Part shown: one piece after another, positions 30,373 to 40,321 of the stretch
How the letters are laid out: every line of letters begins with the position of its first letter
How positions within the stretch are numbered: the stretch's first letter is position 1
Assembly (NCBI GenBank): GCA_963664305.2
Contig: CAXXLV010000002.1
Location: 640,001-704,000, forward strand
Reading direction: 5' to 3'
Length of the DNA stretch: 64,000 nt
DNA from: an uncultured Aliarcobacter sp.
Lineage (GTDB): Bacteria > Campylobacterota > Campylobacteria > Campylobacterales > Arcobacteraceae
Translations under genes and position numbers: made by a program
The notes under the pieces: generated by a model
Seen by the model: only the letters and a program-made list of their open reading frames with translations
Databases searched by the model: none
Told to the model about the DNA's origin: nothing

Positions 30373-31041
30373 ATGAAATTACTTGATAAAAAATATAAAA
30401 TCTATTTATTAGATGAGGATAACTTTGATTTTCCAACTTTGGAGATGATGAAAGATGATTTAGTTGCAGTTGGTGGTGACTTTCATCCTCAAAGACTTAT
30501 AAATGCTTATGAAAATGGAATTTTCCCTTGGTATATTGATGATTATGGTTATATTCATTGGTTTTCTCCAAACAAAAGAATGGTTTTAAATCCAAATGAA
30601 ATGAAAGTATCAAAAAGCCTAAAAAAGTCAATCACAAACAAAGGTTTTGTTGTCAAATCAAATGAAAACTTTGAAAAAGTTATGCGTGAATGTGCCGAAA
30701 TTAAACGAAAACATGAAGATAGCACTTGGATAAGTGAAGAGTTCATACAAGCATATACAAACTTACATGAACTTGAAATTGCTTTTTCTATTGAAACATA
30801 TTTGGATGATGAGTTAGTTGGTGGACTTTATGGACTTGTTATTGGTGATGTTTTTTGTGGTGAAAGTATGTTTGCCAAAGTAACTGATGCTTCAAAAGTT
30901 GCCTTTTATCATCTATGCCAATGGGCAAAAGAGAATGAAATCAAAATCATAGATTGTCAAGTTTACAATGACCATTTAGCTAGTTTGGGAGCTAGTGAAA
31001 TAAGCAGAGTTGAGTATTTTAAAATATTGGGCGTAGATTAA
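30373..31041 (+). CDS. aat: Leucyl/phenylalanyl-tRNA--protein transferase
   Basis: AYENGIFPW, LVGGLYG, GESMF, DASKVA, IDCQ. Confidence 0.95.
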   Translation: MKLLDKKYKIYLLDEDNFDFPTLEMMKDDLVAVGGDFHPQRLINAYENGIFPWYIDDYGYIHWFSPNKRMVLNPNEMKVSKSLKKSITNKGFVVKSNENFEKVMRECAEIKRKHEDSTWISEEFIQAYTNLHELEIAFSIETYLDDELVGGLYGLVIGDVFCGESMFAKVTDASKVAFYHLCQWAKENEIKIIDCQVYNDHLASLGASEISRVEYFKILGVD

Positions 31042-31979
31042 TTTACTCTATTTTTAGCCCAAATTTTTTGCTCATCTTTTGATAAAAAAGTCCAAGCTAC
31101 TATTCTACTTATTTTTTGACCTTGCGACATTTCTATTGTTTTTACTTCTACAGCTTTTACATCTTTTAAAGCTTTATAAATAAAAGAAAGATTCTCTTTT
31201 TTTGATACAAGAGTTGTAAACCAAAGACAGTTTTTTGAAAACTCTAAACTCTCTTTTATCATATTTTTAATAAATGCTATTTCTCCACCTTCGCACCAAA
31301 GTTCATTGTTTTTTCCACCAAAATTTAGAGCATTTTTTGTACTTTTTTGTTTTGTAAGATTTTGAACTTTTCTTTTATTTCCTGCTAATGCCTCTTCTAA
31401 TGATTTATGAAAAGGAGGATTGCATAAAGTGAAATCATATTTTTCATCTTTATTGATAATATTTACAAAAATATTAGAAGGATTTTCTTGCTGTAATACT
31501 TTGATATTTTCTTTTAAAATTTCATTTGAATTTATGATATTTAAAACAGATTCAATAGAATTTTTTTCTATATCACTTCCTAAAAACTGCCAACCATAAA
31601 CGCTAACACCAATAATAGGATAGATACAATTTGCTCCAACTCCAACATCTAAACCTTTTATAGCTTTTCCTTTAGGAATTTTTCCATTATTACTTAAAGC
31701 TAACAAATCAGCAATATGATGTATATAATCAGCTCGTCCAGGAATTGGAGGACATAAATATCCTTTTGGGATTTCCCAATTTTTAATCCCATAAAAATGC
31801 GATAATAAGGCTTTATTTAAAGCAATAACAGCATCAGGATTTGCAAAGTCTATTGATAAATCACCATATTTATTTGGTTTTACGAACTCTTTTAGACTAT
31901 CTTGAGATTTTATTAAAGTAGTAAAATCATATCTATCGTTATGAAAATTTCTGTGATGTAGTGTTTTTGTATTTGACAT
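31038..31979 (-). CDS. rlmF: 23S rRNA m6A1618 methyltransferase
   Basis: LCPPIPGRADY, DVGVGANCIYP, CNPPFH, QGQK. Confidence 0.95.
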   Translation of the reverse strand: MSNTKTLHHRNFHNDRYDFTTLIKSQDSLKEFVKPNKYGDLSIDFANPDAVIALNKALLSHFYGIKNWEIPKGYLCPPIPGRADYIHHIADLLALSNNGKIPKGKAIKGLDVGVGANCIYPIIGVSVYGWQFLGSDIEKNSIESVLNIINSNEILKENIKVLQQENPSNIFVNIINKDEKYDFTLCNPPFHKSLEEALAGNKRKVQNLTKQKSTKNALNFGGKNNELWCEGGEIAFIKNMIKESLEFSKNCLWFTTLVSKKENLSFIYKALKDVKAVEVKTIEMSQGQKISRIVAWTFLSKDEQKIWAKNRVN

Positions 31980-32087
31980 ATCTTATTTTATCCTATTGAT
32001 AATGAAAATTGTATTATTGATTTTCTAAGTATTTGGTACTTTTTATTTTAATAGTGTAATATTTCTTACCAATAATAAGGAGAATAT

Positions 32088-32690
32088 GTGGATTATAAAA
32101 AATTTAGTGAAATTTCACCTTGTGATTATGCAGGAACTTTAAAAAGAGAAAGTTTTATGGATGCTGGAATAAAAGAACTTTGGTCAAATATTCCTAGAAT
32201 CTCAGGTCCTGCATTTACTGTAAATATGGTTGCAGGAGAAAATTTAGCACTTCATAGAGCTATTTATGAAGCACCAGTTGGTTCTATAATCGTAGCCCAA
32301 TCAAATACAATGGATTATGCAGTAATTGGTGGAAATGTAGCCACTATTGCGTATAACAGAGGAATTGTAGGTTTTGTGATTGATGGTGTTGTTAGAGACA
32401 TTGCAGAAATCAGAGAAAAAAGAATTCCAATGTTTGGACGTGGTGTTTTAGCAATGCCAGGAACAAAAAAACAAGCTGTTCCCGTAAATACACCAATAAT
32501 TGCAGGTGGAATAAATGTAAATCCAGGAGATATAATAGTAGCTGATGAGGAAGGAATTGCAGTTATTCCAAAAGATAGAGCTGAAGAGATATATCAAGAG
32601 TGTAAAGAAAAAGTTAAAAAAGAGTCTGCTTTGAGTTTTGAAGAGTGGGCAGATAGACACAAAAAAAATATAGACTCTTTTTATGAGTGA
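32088..32690 (+). CDS. RraA/HMG aldolase family protein
   Basis: GPAFTV, IDGVVRD, GDIIVADEEG. Confidence 0.9.
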   Translation: MDYKKFSEISPCDYAGTLKRESFMDAGIKELWSNIPRISGPAFTVNMVAGENLALHRAIYEAPVGSIIVAQSNTMDYAVIGGNVATIAYNRGIVGFVIDGVVRDIAEIREKRIPMFGRGVLAMPGTKKQAVPVNTPIIAGGINVNPGDIIVADEEGIAVIPKDRAEEIYQECKEKVKKESALSFEEWADRHKKNIDSFYE

Positions 32691-32712
32691 TTTTTAAGAT
32701 ATTAAGAAAAGA

Positions 32713-33090
32713 TTAGATTTTGCTATCTTTTCTTAAAATAAAAAGTATATATTTTCTCAAAATAAAAAGAATTTTATATAAAAGTTTTGAAAAAATATTC
32801 TCATAAGCAAAGAAAAAGTGCAATTTTCCCAAAATCGTAGTTTTATCAACTGCACTATTTAAAAACTCTAAAGCTTTAGCTCCTTGAAAACAATGATTTT
32901 CATAAACAACTATAAAACCATCATTTATATCTAAGTTTTTACAAATATTTTCTAGTTCTATTTTATTTTTTCTAACATCTATTAGTTTTAAATGAAAACT
33001 CTTTTTTAGCTTCAAAAAATTTGTATAGTTTTTACAAAAAGGACACTCTTCATCGTAAAATAGGATTATTTGATTAGTTTTCATTTTCAA
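32713..33090 (-). CDS. DCC1-like (DUF393) thiol-disulfide oxidoreductase family protein
   Basis: FYDEECPFC (DxxCxxC) motif. Confidence 0.8.
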   Translation of the reverse strand: MKMKTNQIILFYDEECPFCKNYTNFLKLKKSFHLKLIDVRKNKIELENICKNLDINDGFIVVYENHCFQGAKALEFLNSAVDKTTILGKLHFFFAYENIFSKLLYKILFILRKYILFILRKDSKI

Positions 33091-33451
33091 AATATATCAA
33101 AACTTTTGCGATGATTCTACAATCCTTTTTTTTATAAACAAGATGAGAAAAATCAGGATTTATAGATACAAAAAACTCTTTTTGCTCTATAAGACTAGCT
33201 TTTTTTATCCACATATTATCATCTTTATAAATCAAAAATATAGCTTCATTTTCAAACTCTTTTTGAGATAAATCAGCAACTACCAAAGATTTATCAGCGA
33301 TTTGTGGTTGCATAGATTTACCTTTTACTTTTGAAACAAAAAGTGAAGTTTTAGAGTATGGAACTTTTATCAAATCCTCTTCAAACTCCAACTCTTTTTT
33401 TACAATTTTATTGTCTATTTCTCGGTGGTATTCTAGTTTTATTTTGTTCAT
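33074..33451 (-). CDS. Peptidase S24/LexA-like domain protein without HTH
   Basis: VKGKSMQP, WIKK and SINPDF motifs. Confidence 0.75.
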   Translation of the reverse strand: MNKIKLEYHREIDNKIVKKELEFEEDLIKVPYSKTSLFVSKVKGKSMQPQIADKSLVVADLSQKEFENEAIFLIYKDDNMWIKKASLIEQKEFFVSINPDFSHLVYKKKDCRIIAKVLIYFENEN

Positions 33452-33457
33452 TGTTTA

Positions 33458-33796
33458 TTATAATTCTTTCAAAAGTAGAAAAATATCATGTTTTAGAGGT
33501 TTGATTTTTTTAGTTATGATTTCCCAAATTTCATCTGAATCTATACCAAAATAATTGTGAGCTACTATATTTCTAAAATCTTTTATTTTATTCCATGGAA
33601 TAGTTGAATTTTTTTCTTTAAAATTTTCATCAAGTTTTGAAATCATCTCGCCAATAATTATAAATTGCATCATAGTAGCATCAAAACTTTTTTGGTCATA
33701 ATAAAACATTTCACTATCATCAAACTCTTTTGTATAAATTTCTATTTTATCAATAGCTTCAATAATTGATAAAAGTGAAAATTTTATTTTAGACAT
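33458..33796 (-). CDS. HEPN/DUF86 (HepT-like) RNase toxin
   Basis: IIGE and RNIVAHNY (RX4HXY) motifs. Confidence 0.9.
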   Translation of the reverse strand: MSKIKFSLLSIIEAIDKIEIYTKEFDDSEMFYYDQKSFDATMMQFIIIGEMISKLDENFKEKNSTIPWNKIKDFRNIVAHNYFGIDSDEIWEIITKKIKPLKHDIFLLLKEL

Positions 33797-34085
33797 ATTT
33801 TACTTCTTTTAAAACTTCATCTTTTAGAAGAGGTTTTAGGTATTTTTCCCTTGCAATATCTACTTTTTTATCAAATGCTTTTTCCATAATCTCTTTTAAT
33901 AAAGATTTTTTTTCATAAATATCTGTTAAATCTTTTTTCAATTCGATTAATATGTCTATATCACTATCATTTTTTGCTTCATTTCTAGCGTATGAGCCAA
34001 AAAGACCGATTTTTGTAATACCAAAATCTTTTTTGAATTGCTCTTTATGTTCTGTTAAATAGTTAATGATTATATCTTGAGTCAT
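33789..34085 (-). CDS. Minimal nucleotidyltransferase (MntA-like) antitoxin
   Basis: GSYARNEAKNDSDID (GSX10DXD); ATG 34085 with AAGGA SD; overlaps the HEPN gene. Confidence 0.9.
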   Translation of the reverse strand: MTQDIIINYLTEHKEQFKKDFGITKIGLFGSYARNEAKNDSDIDILIELKKDLTDIYEKKSLLKEIMEKAFDKKVDIAREKYLKPLLKDEVLKEVKYV

Positions 34086-34171
34086 TTTCAATCCTTAATG
34101 AAATAATTATATCTAATTTGCTTTTATATTTACGATTTTAAAATATATTATAATTGTATATTACAATTATG

Positions 34172-34222
34172 TTCTAATTCCTACGGAGCGACCCATCTTA
34201 ATAGATGAGTTACCAATCAGAC
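34172..34222. repeat. GC-richer palindromic element, possibly a degenerate REP-like repeat
   Basis: ACCCATCT-TAAT-AGATGAGT imperfect palindrome inside a GC-richer patch in AT-rich intergenic DNA; single copy in this window. Confidence 0.35.
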
Positions 34223-34295
34223 TTTTAAATTAATTTTTAAAACTTTCTTTTTTTAATGACTTTATAAAATAATTTTGTAGTATATCCCTGCTATT

Positions 34296-35153
34296 TTATA
34301 ATTCTGTGTATATAGCAATAGGATCAATAATAATTTCATGTGGAAGTTTACCAGTAAATGCAGTTTCTACATCTGTTAATTTTGTTACCATATTCATTAT
34401 AGATTCTTTAATATTATTAAAACTTTCTTTTTCAACTTTCTTTTCTGCAATAGATTCTTGACATTGTGTAACAATCCCAAATAAAACAAATTCTTTTTCT
34501 GTCTCTCTTGCATATCTTTTTATAAGTAAATTCTCTCTTTCTCTTAAATACTCTCTTTTGATATTAGTTGAAAATAGATTATGATTATAATTTATTTGTA
34601 TTTCAAGTTGTTTATCAAATCCATATTCTAATAATGTATTTAAACTATCTATAAATTTTTGATCCAGTTGTAACTTATTATTTTTTGCGTATTCATCAAT
34701 ATTTTTAAAGTCTTTTGATCTATCATTAATAAATCGCATATGAGCGAATGCTTTGCCAATTTTATTGAAATCTTTTAAAGTATGCATTAGTAATTCGATA
34801 TCATTAAATGTAGCTTTACCTTTGATTTTGATAAATGATGTATTGATACAAGTATCAACTATATTTACATCACTGTCTAAAGAATTAATATCTGCTACTT
34901 TATTATTTTCAATTAAATATTTTTCAAATAAAGTATATGAATAATCATGTAGATATTTTCTTTCTTCTGTTTTACTACCATCTTTAATTATATCTGCTAA
35001 TATTCTACCACTAGCAAAACCACCTTTTTGCTTATCATTATTTTCTTCTTCTTTGTAATTAGTACTCACTAAATATTCTGTTATTCCTTCGAAAATCTGA
35101 GATGATAGTGAATACATTTTATATTCATCTAAATAGATAAAGTTTTTAATCAT
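34296..35153 (-). CDS. Uncharacterised soluble protein (DUF6414-like, from memory)
   Basis: N-terminal FIYLDEYKMYSLSSQ, central LHDY, C-terminal IDPIAIY. Confidence 0.7.
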   Translation of the reverse strand: MIKNFIYLDEYKMYSLSSQIFEGITEYLVSTNYKEEENNDKQKGGFASGRILADIIKDGSKTEERKYLHDYSYTLFEKYLIENNKVADINSLDSDVNIVDTCINTSFIKIKGKATFNDIELLMHTLKDFNKIGKAFAHMRFINDRSKDFKNIDEYAKNNKLQLDQKFIDSLNTLLEYGFDKQLEIQINYNHNLFSTNIKREYLRERENLLIKRYARETEKEFVLFGIVTQCQESIAEKKVEKESFNNIKESIMNMVTKLTDVETAFTGKLPHEIIIDPIAIYTEL

Positions 35154-35301
35154 TTATAATATCCTTTTGTTTCTTTCTATTATTTCTTTGATTTATAAAG
35201 TCATTATAATATTTTTTTCGAGTCTGAATTATAGACCAAAAAGAAAAAATAATTCCAATAATAATTGTAAATATAATTATAGTTATAGTAATTTCATTCA
35301 T
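35146..35301 (-). CDS. 51-aa single-TM microprotein (not in ORF track)
   Basis: MNEITITIIIFTIIIGIIFSFWSIIQTRKKYYNDFINQRNNRKKQKDIIND; ATGA overlap with the upstream gene and 8-nt overlap with the downstream gene. Confidence 0.75.
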   Translation of the reverse strand: MNEITITIIIFTIIIGIIFSFWSIIQTRKKYYNDFINQRNNRKKQKDIIND

Positions 35302-35699
35302 AAAACAACCCTTTGTAACTTATTATTATAATGAACAGAATAACCTATAAAAAATGAGACCATGCTCATTACTATAACCAAGACTGTTATATTATTTTTA
35401 TCGATCATGGGAGAAACTTCATTTGATAATAAAATTAAAGCAAATAAAGCACTATATACAGTAATAAATAATATAGACATACCATTTTGTTTAGTTTTCC
35501 ATTCAGCTTTTTCATTACTATGTTCAAGTTCATTAATTATTGAAATATGTATAATTAATCCAAATATAATAATATCAGATATATTTAATAACTCTAATGA
35601 TGAGTCTTCAGTAACTAACCAAAGTAATGCTCTTATAATAACAGGTAATAAACCAATAACAACAGTATATATTAGCCACTTTGTTTTTCTATTTTCCAC
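35298..35699 (-). CDS. Four-TM hypothetical membrane protein
   Basis: Four hydrophobic segments; polar HISIINELEH and WKTKQNG loop; GTG start with AAGG SD. Confidence 0.8.
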   Translation of the reverse strand: MENRKTKWLIYTVVIGLLPVIIRALLWLVTEDSSLELLNISDIIIFGLIIHISIINELEHSNEKAEWKTKQNGMSILFITVYSALFALILLSNEVSPMIDKNNITVLVIVMSMVSFFIGYSVHYNNKLQRVVL

Positions 35700-35788
35700 A
35701 ATTTAACCTTAAATCATTTTACTTAGAATACCATAAGATAAAAAATAATAATATTAATTTTATTAATAACTTATTGTTTTTTTATATG

Positions 35789-38158
35789 TTAAACTTCCAC
35801 AACTCGTTCAAACATCTCTTTTATCTCCATTTCATGGCTAATTAAAAATATTTGTCTATATTGTTCTTTGATTGTATGAAAGGCCTCAAGTATTTCCATT
35901 CGTCTTGTATCATCTTGACTTCCAAAAACTTCATCAAAAGCCAAAAACTCTACACTATTTGCACCGCTTAGTTCACTCAAAGTTTTTGAAATAGCGATTC
36001 TTAAAACCAAGTTTGCAAGGTCGATTTCTCCACCACTAAATCGTTCTATTGGATACTTTTTACCTTCATCATAGATATAAAAGTCAAATTCATTTGAAAC
36101 CTCTATATGTTGATATTTTCCTTTTGTGATTTGTGCAAACATATTTGAAGCAATATCAGAAATTCTAGGGGCTACTTTTGAGTTTAGTTTTGTTTTAAAT
36201 TCTGCTAGATTTATTTTGATTTTTTCATAGTCATTTAGGTCATCTTTTTTTGTTTGTACTTTTTTTAGTTGAGTTTCATTGTTAGATAAACTCTCACTTA
36301 TAGTTTTGATTTGTCCTTCAATAGTTGCTATTTTTACTTTTAAATCATTTATTAGAGTTACTAAAGCATCTTTTTGTTTTTGTACCTCATCAAATTCTTT
36401 TGATTTTTCTTGATGTTTTACCTCATCATAGTTTATAGCTTTATACTCTAAATCTTTTTGTAGAAGTTCTAAATTGTATTTATCTTGATTTTGTATTGAA
36501 GTTTGTAACTCTTCTTTTATAGTATCAACTCTTTTTAACATTGTTTCAAGTGAGAGTATATACTCATACTTAGTTTTTAACTCTTTTTGTTTTAAAAGTA
36601 GTTCTTCATGTAAGTTCTTATCATAACTATAGATTTCTAGTTTACTTAACTCCTCTTTATTTTTTACACCCTTTTGTGTCACTTTTTCAAAATGCTCTTT
36701 TAGGGCTAATAAATCTCTTTTTTTATTTTCTATTAGATTTATTTTTTTAGAGATTTCAAAATGCTCTTTTATATATGCTTTTTGTAGTTCTTCTAGTTTT
36801 TCTTTTTCATCTTTTATATTTGATAATTGCTCTTTTGATTTATCAATCTTTGTATTTTGTGTATTTAGCACTATTTGTTCAAGGGAAAATATAACACTAT
36901 CATATTCATCTAAAAGTGGTCTTGTACAAGTTGGACAGTTTGATTCTTTTCCTAATGTTGTAATATTTTCTATTTTCTTTTTTATATCAGCTATGAGCTT
37001 CTCTTCACCTGCTATTTCTTGTAATACTCTTTTTTCATCTAATTCTTTGTTTGTTAGTAGTTGTTTATACTTTTCTATACTCTTATCTAACTCTTTTTCT
37101 TTTTCTACAAGTTCTAAATGCTCTTTTGTTTCAAACTCTAATACTTTTATATTATCCTTTGCTTTTGTGTATTGTTCTCTTAACTCTTTTTGCTCTAAAA
37201 GTAATCCATCTTTTCTTAGACTATACTCTTTTAGTTTATCTTGCTCTTTTAGAGTTTCATGTAGATTTATATACTCTTGCTTTATAGTTTGTAAGCCTTT
37301 TAACTCTTCTTGTTTTGTATATAAAGTATTTAGTTCATTTTGTAGTTTTTCTTGAGTTTTTTGGTGAGAGTTGATTGTATTTGTTAGAAGCTCACATCTA
37401 GCTTTTAGGCTTTGCTTTTGTTCTTTTGCTTTTGTAAATAGTTCTAACTCTTGTTTTATAGTAGAAGCTTTTTTATTTAACTCTTCTAAAACTAAACTTT
37501 GTTTATCTATCTCTTTTAAAAAATCTTCTTTTTGAGATGTTTGTTCAACTATATTTTCTTTTTTTATAGTTATATCTTCACTACTTAATAATACTTCTTT
37601 AAAAGCATCTATTTCTCTTTTTAATTCCCTACTCTTTTCTATTAACTCTTTTTCTACAAAATCAATCTTTTCAAGACCTAGAAGTTTTCTAATCATCTTT
37701 TTTCTATCTTCTGGTTTACTATTACTTAAACTTGTAAGTTCTTTTTGACTTGCAAATAGTGTATGCATAAAAGCATCTTTACTCATCTTTGTTAGATTTG
37801 AGATAGTTGTAGTTACTTCTTTTGCACCTGTTGTTATAAGTTCTTCGTTTTTATATAGTTTTGCATTAGCACTTAGAGTTTTTCCTCTAAACTCTCTAAT
37901 GATTTTATATATATTCTCACCTATTTCAAACTCTAGTTCAACACTAACTATGTCTTTTTGTGAAGCATTTGCATTTCTTACTACTTCTTTATCACCTTTG
38001 TTTCTTAGTTCTCCATATAAAGCAAATAAGATAGCTTCAAAAATAGTAGATTTTCCACTACCATTTTTTCCTATGATTCCTATAAGTCCTAAATCAAAAG
38101 TGATTTCAAAAGAGTTATACTTTTTAAAGTTTTCTAGTTTTAGTTTAGTTAGTATCAT
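35789..38158 (-). CDS. sbcC: SbcC/Rad50-like SMC ATPase
   Basis: GKNGSGKST, Q-loop SQ, zinc hook CPTC, FSGGE, FDEVFGSQD, ISH. Confidence 0.9.
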   Translation of the reverse strand: MILTKLKLENFKKYNSFEITFDLGLIGIIGKNGSGKSTIFEAILFALYGELRNKGDKEVVRNANASQKDIVSVELEFEIGENIYKIIREFRGKTLSANAKLYKNEELITTGAKEVTTTISNLTKMSKDAFMHTLFASQKELTSLSNSKPEDRKKMIRKLLGLEKIDFVEKELIEKSRELKREIDAFKEVLLSSEDITIKKENIVEQTSQKEDFLKEIDKQSLVLEELNKKASTIKQELELFTKAKEQKQSLKARCELLTNTINSHQKTQEKLQNELNTLYTKQEELKGLQTIKQEYINLHETLKEQDKLKEYSLRKDGLLLEQKELREQYTKAKDNIKVLEFETKEHLELVEKEKELDKSIEKYKQLLTNKELDEKRVLQEIAGEEKLIADIKKKIENITTLGKESNCPTCTRPLLDEYDSVIFSLEQIVLNTQNTKIDKSKEQLSNIKDEKEKLEELQKAYIKEHFEISKKINLIENKKRDLLALKEHFEKVTQKGVKNKEELSKLEIYSYDKNLHEELLLKQKELKTKYEYILSLETMLKRVDTIKEELQTSIQNQDKYNLELLQKDLEYKAINYDEVKHQEKSKEFDEVQKQKDALVTLINDLKVKIATIEGQIKTISESLSNNETQLKKVQTKKDDLNDYEKIKINLAEFKTKLNSKVAPRISDIASNMFAQITKGKYQHIEVSNEFDFYIYDEGKKYPIERFSGGEIDLANLVLRIAISKTLSELSGANSVEFLAFDEVFGSQDDTRRMEILEAFHTIKEQYRQIFLISHEMEIKEMFERVVEV

Positions 38159-39263
38159 AACTTACCTCTTCATACTTAGAAAATAGTTCTTGCGTTTTTT
38201 GTTTTAGTCTTTCATACTCTTTATCTTCACTATTTTGTTTAATATGCTCTAAAAAATACTCTTCAAGTGATATAGCTTCAAGATTATCAATATTTGATGA
38301 GGTAGTATCTTTTTTAAACTCTCTTTTTATACTAACACTTAAAGCAGTTGAAAATAATTCTTTGATTTGTTTGTTTTGAATATCTATTGAGCCTAATGGT
38401 GTAAGATTTGTTAGTTTTACTTCTACTATTGCATTTTGGCAATCACTTGTATCTAAAGCTTGTATTGAAGCTTCATAATCTTCACAATCTATCTCTTTTT
38501 GTCTAATAGCTCTTATGTTTATCTCTTTATACTCAATTTCTAGTTTATCTTTTATAGTTGCAACGATAAAACCTTTTGAGTTTCGTTTATCATTTAGACT
38601 TGTTCGTTCACTGCTTCCACTATAATAAACATTTTCATACTTTCCAACTTTTCCAAAACCATGCCAATGCCCAAGAGCTACATAATCCATCTTTTCAAAT
38701 ATATACTCTTTGTTTGATGGATATACCCATTCTCCAAATTCACTCATCAAATACCAAGCACCAACTGAACAGTGCATCATCATGATATTTCTTTTGTTTT
38801 CGTCTATATTCGCTTCACAAAAGTTTATCTGCTCTATTGCAATATTTTCATCATTCATATGTGGCAAAGTATGAAATACTACATCTTCAAACTCTATTTT
38901 TTTATACTCTTGATTATATGAAACATAGATATTTTTAAAGTTTTCAAATATCTTTAAAATAGGAGAACTAAGATTTGTTCGTGGAGTTGAGTGATTTCCA
39001 GCTATTAAAATAAATGGAATATTTAAACTATTTATTTCATTGAACTTTTGTAAGGCATAAGTAATAGCTCTATTACTAGGACTTGCTCTATGAAATAAAT
39101 CTCCCGTATGGATAATAAAATCAGGTTTGATTAGTTTTATTTGCTCAACTACTTGTGAGAAAGCATCATAAAAGTCTACTTCTCTTTGATTTATATTGTT
39201 TTCATTTATAATATCTAGGTCATTAAAACCTAGATGAGTATCGCTAAAATGTAGTATTTTCAA
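38145..39263 (-). CDS. sbcD: SbcD/Mre11-like metallophosphoesterase nuclease
   Basis: SDTHLG, GDLFH, GNHS, LGHWH. Confidence 0.9.
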   Translation of the reverse strand: MKILHFSDTHLGFNDLDIINENNINQREVDFYDAFSQVVEQIKLIKPDFIIHTGDLFHRASPSNRAITYALQKFNEINSLNIPFILIAGNHSTPRTNLSSPILKIFENFKNIYVSYNQEYKKIEFEDVVFHTLPHMNDENIAIEQINFCEANIDENKRNIMMMHCSVGAWYLMSEFGEWVYPSNKEYIFEKMDYVALGHWHGFGKVGKYENVYYSGSSERTSLNDKRNSKGFIVATIKDKLEIEYKEINIRAIRQKEIDCEDYEASIQALDTSDCQNAIVEVKLTNLTPLGSIDIQNKQIKELFSTALSVSIKREFKKDTTSSNIDNLEAISLEEYFLEHIKQNSEDKEYERLKQKTQELFSKYEEVSYDTN

Positions 39264-39375
39264 AGTTAAATCTTTCTTTTTTTAAAATTGTTAAAAGATT
39301 ATAACAAACAAATTACTCACAAATAGCTTTTATTCCTACTTGTTTTATCATAAATAAAATCTTATAATCCAATTT

Positions 39376-40230
39376 ATGGAAGACTTATTAGAAATTACCT
39401 TTTTATCAAGTTTAGAAAATGATGGTTTTGAAATACTTACATTGGATAAACTTTTAGGAAAATATGATTTAGAAAATCATTATATGACAAAACCACACAG
39501 AATTAAATTTTATAATATTTTGTATTTTACTAATGGTGAAGATTATCATTATATTGATTTTGAAAAGTATCCAGTAAAAAAAGGTTCATTAATCTTTTTA
39601 AATAAAAATCAGATTCATAACTTTAGTAAAACAGCTAATTATGAGGGATATATTATTTTATTTACTGAAAAGTTTTTAAATAGAAATCTTATAAATATTC
39701 AAAAAGTTTTTTACAATATCTTATCAAAACCTTATGTTTTAAATAATTGTTTCCAAGAATTTGAAAACATTTTCAAGCAACTTTTAGATGAGTATCAAGA
39801 TAAAAACAATCTTTTCAAAGAGAAACTTTTTGTTTTACTTTTTAATTATTTGATTTTGAAATCTGAAAAACTATTATCAAATAAGCTAATAGATAATCAA
39901 AATGAAAAATATCTTACAATATTTGAAGAGTTTACAAATCTACTACAAGAAAACTATCAAATATCAAGAAATGTAAATTTCTATGCTCAAAAATTGAATA
40001 TCTCTTCTAAACATTTAAATAGTTTATGTAGAAAGTTTTTAAATATTAGTGCTAAAAATACCATCGATAACTATACAATTCTAGAAATAAAAAGAGAACT
40101 AATTTCAAACTTACCTATTAAAGAAATAGCTTATAAATTTGGTTTTATTGAGACAACAAACTTTGTAAAATATTTCAAAAAACAAACAAACATTTCACCA
40201 TCTAAATTCAAAGAACAATTTGGTATTTAG
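39376..40230 (+). CDS. AraC family transcriptional regulator
   Basis: N-terminal cupin PHR...Y; C-terminal IKEIAYKFGF...FVKYFKKQTNISP. Confidence 0.92.
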   Translation: MEDLLEITFLSSLENDGFEILTLDKLLGKYDLENHYMTKPHRIKFYNILYFTNGEDYHYIDFEKYPVKKGSLIFLNKNQIHNFSKTANYEGYIILFTEKFLNRNLINIQKVFYNILSKPYVLNNCFQEFENIFKQLLDEYQDKNNLFKEKLFVLLFNYLILKSEKLLSNKLIDNQNEKYLTIFEEFTNLLQENYQISRNVNFYAQKLNISSKHLNSLCRKFLNISAKNTIDNYTILEIKRELISNLPIKEIAYKFGFIETTNFVKYFKKQTNISPSKFKEQFGI

Positions 40231-40321
40231 TTCCATATTTACCATTTTTAATACTTTTTTTACCTTTAAAATATTTTCGTTTAAATATAAAATTCCATGA
40301 TATAACATAAAAGGAAAAAAC

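Noticed and set aside
35789..39263. SMC + nuclease as a Wadjet or Lamassu defence system
   Set aside because: The Mre11-type nuclease plus zinc-hook Rad50-type ATPase is the ordinary SbcCD layout; no kleisin/KITE or Lamassu effector genes were recognised
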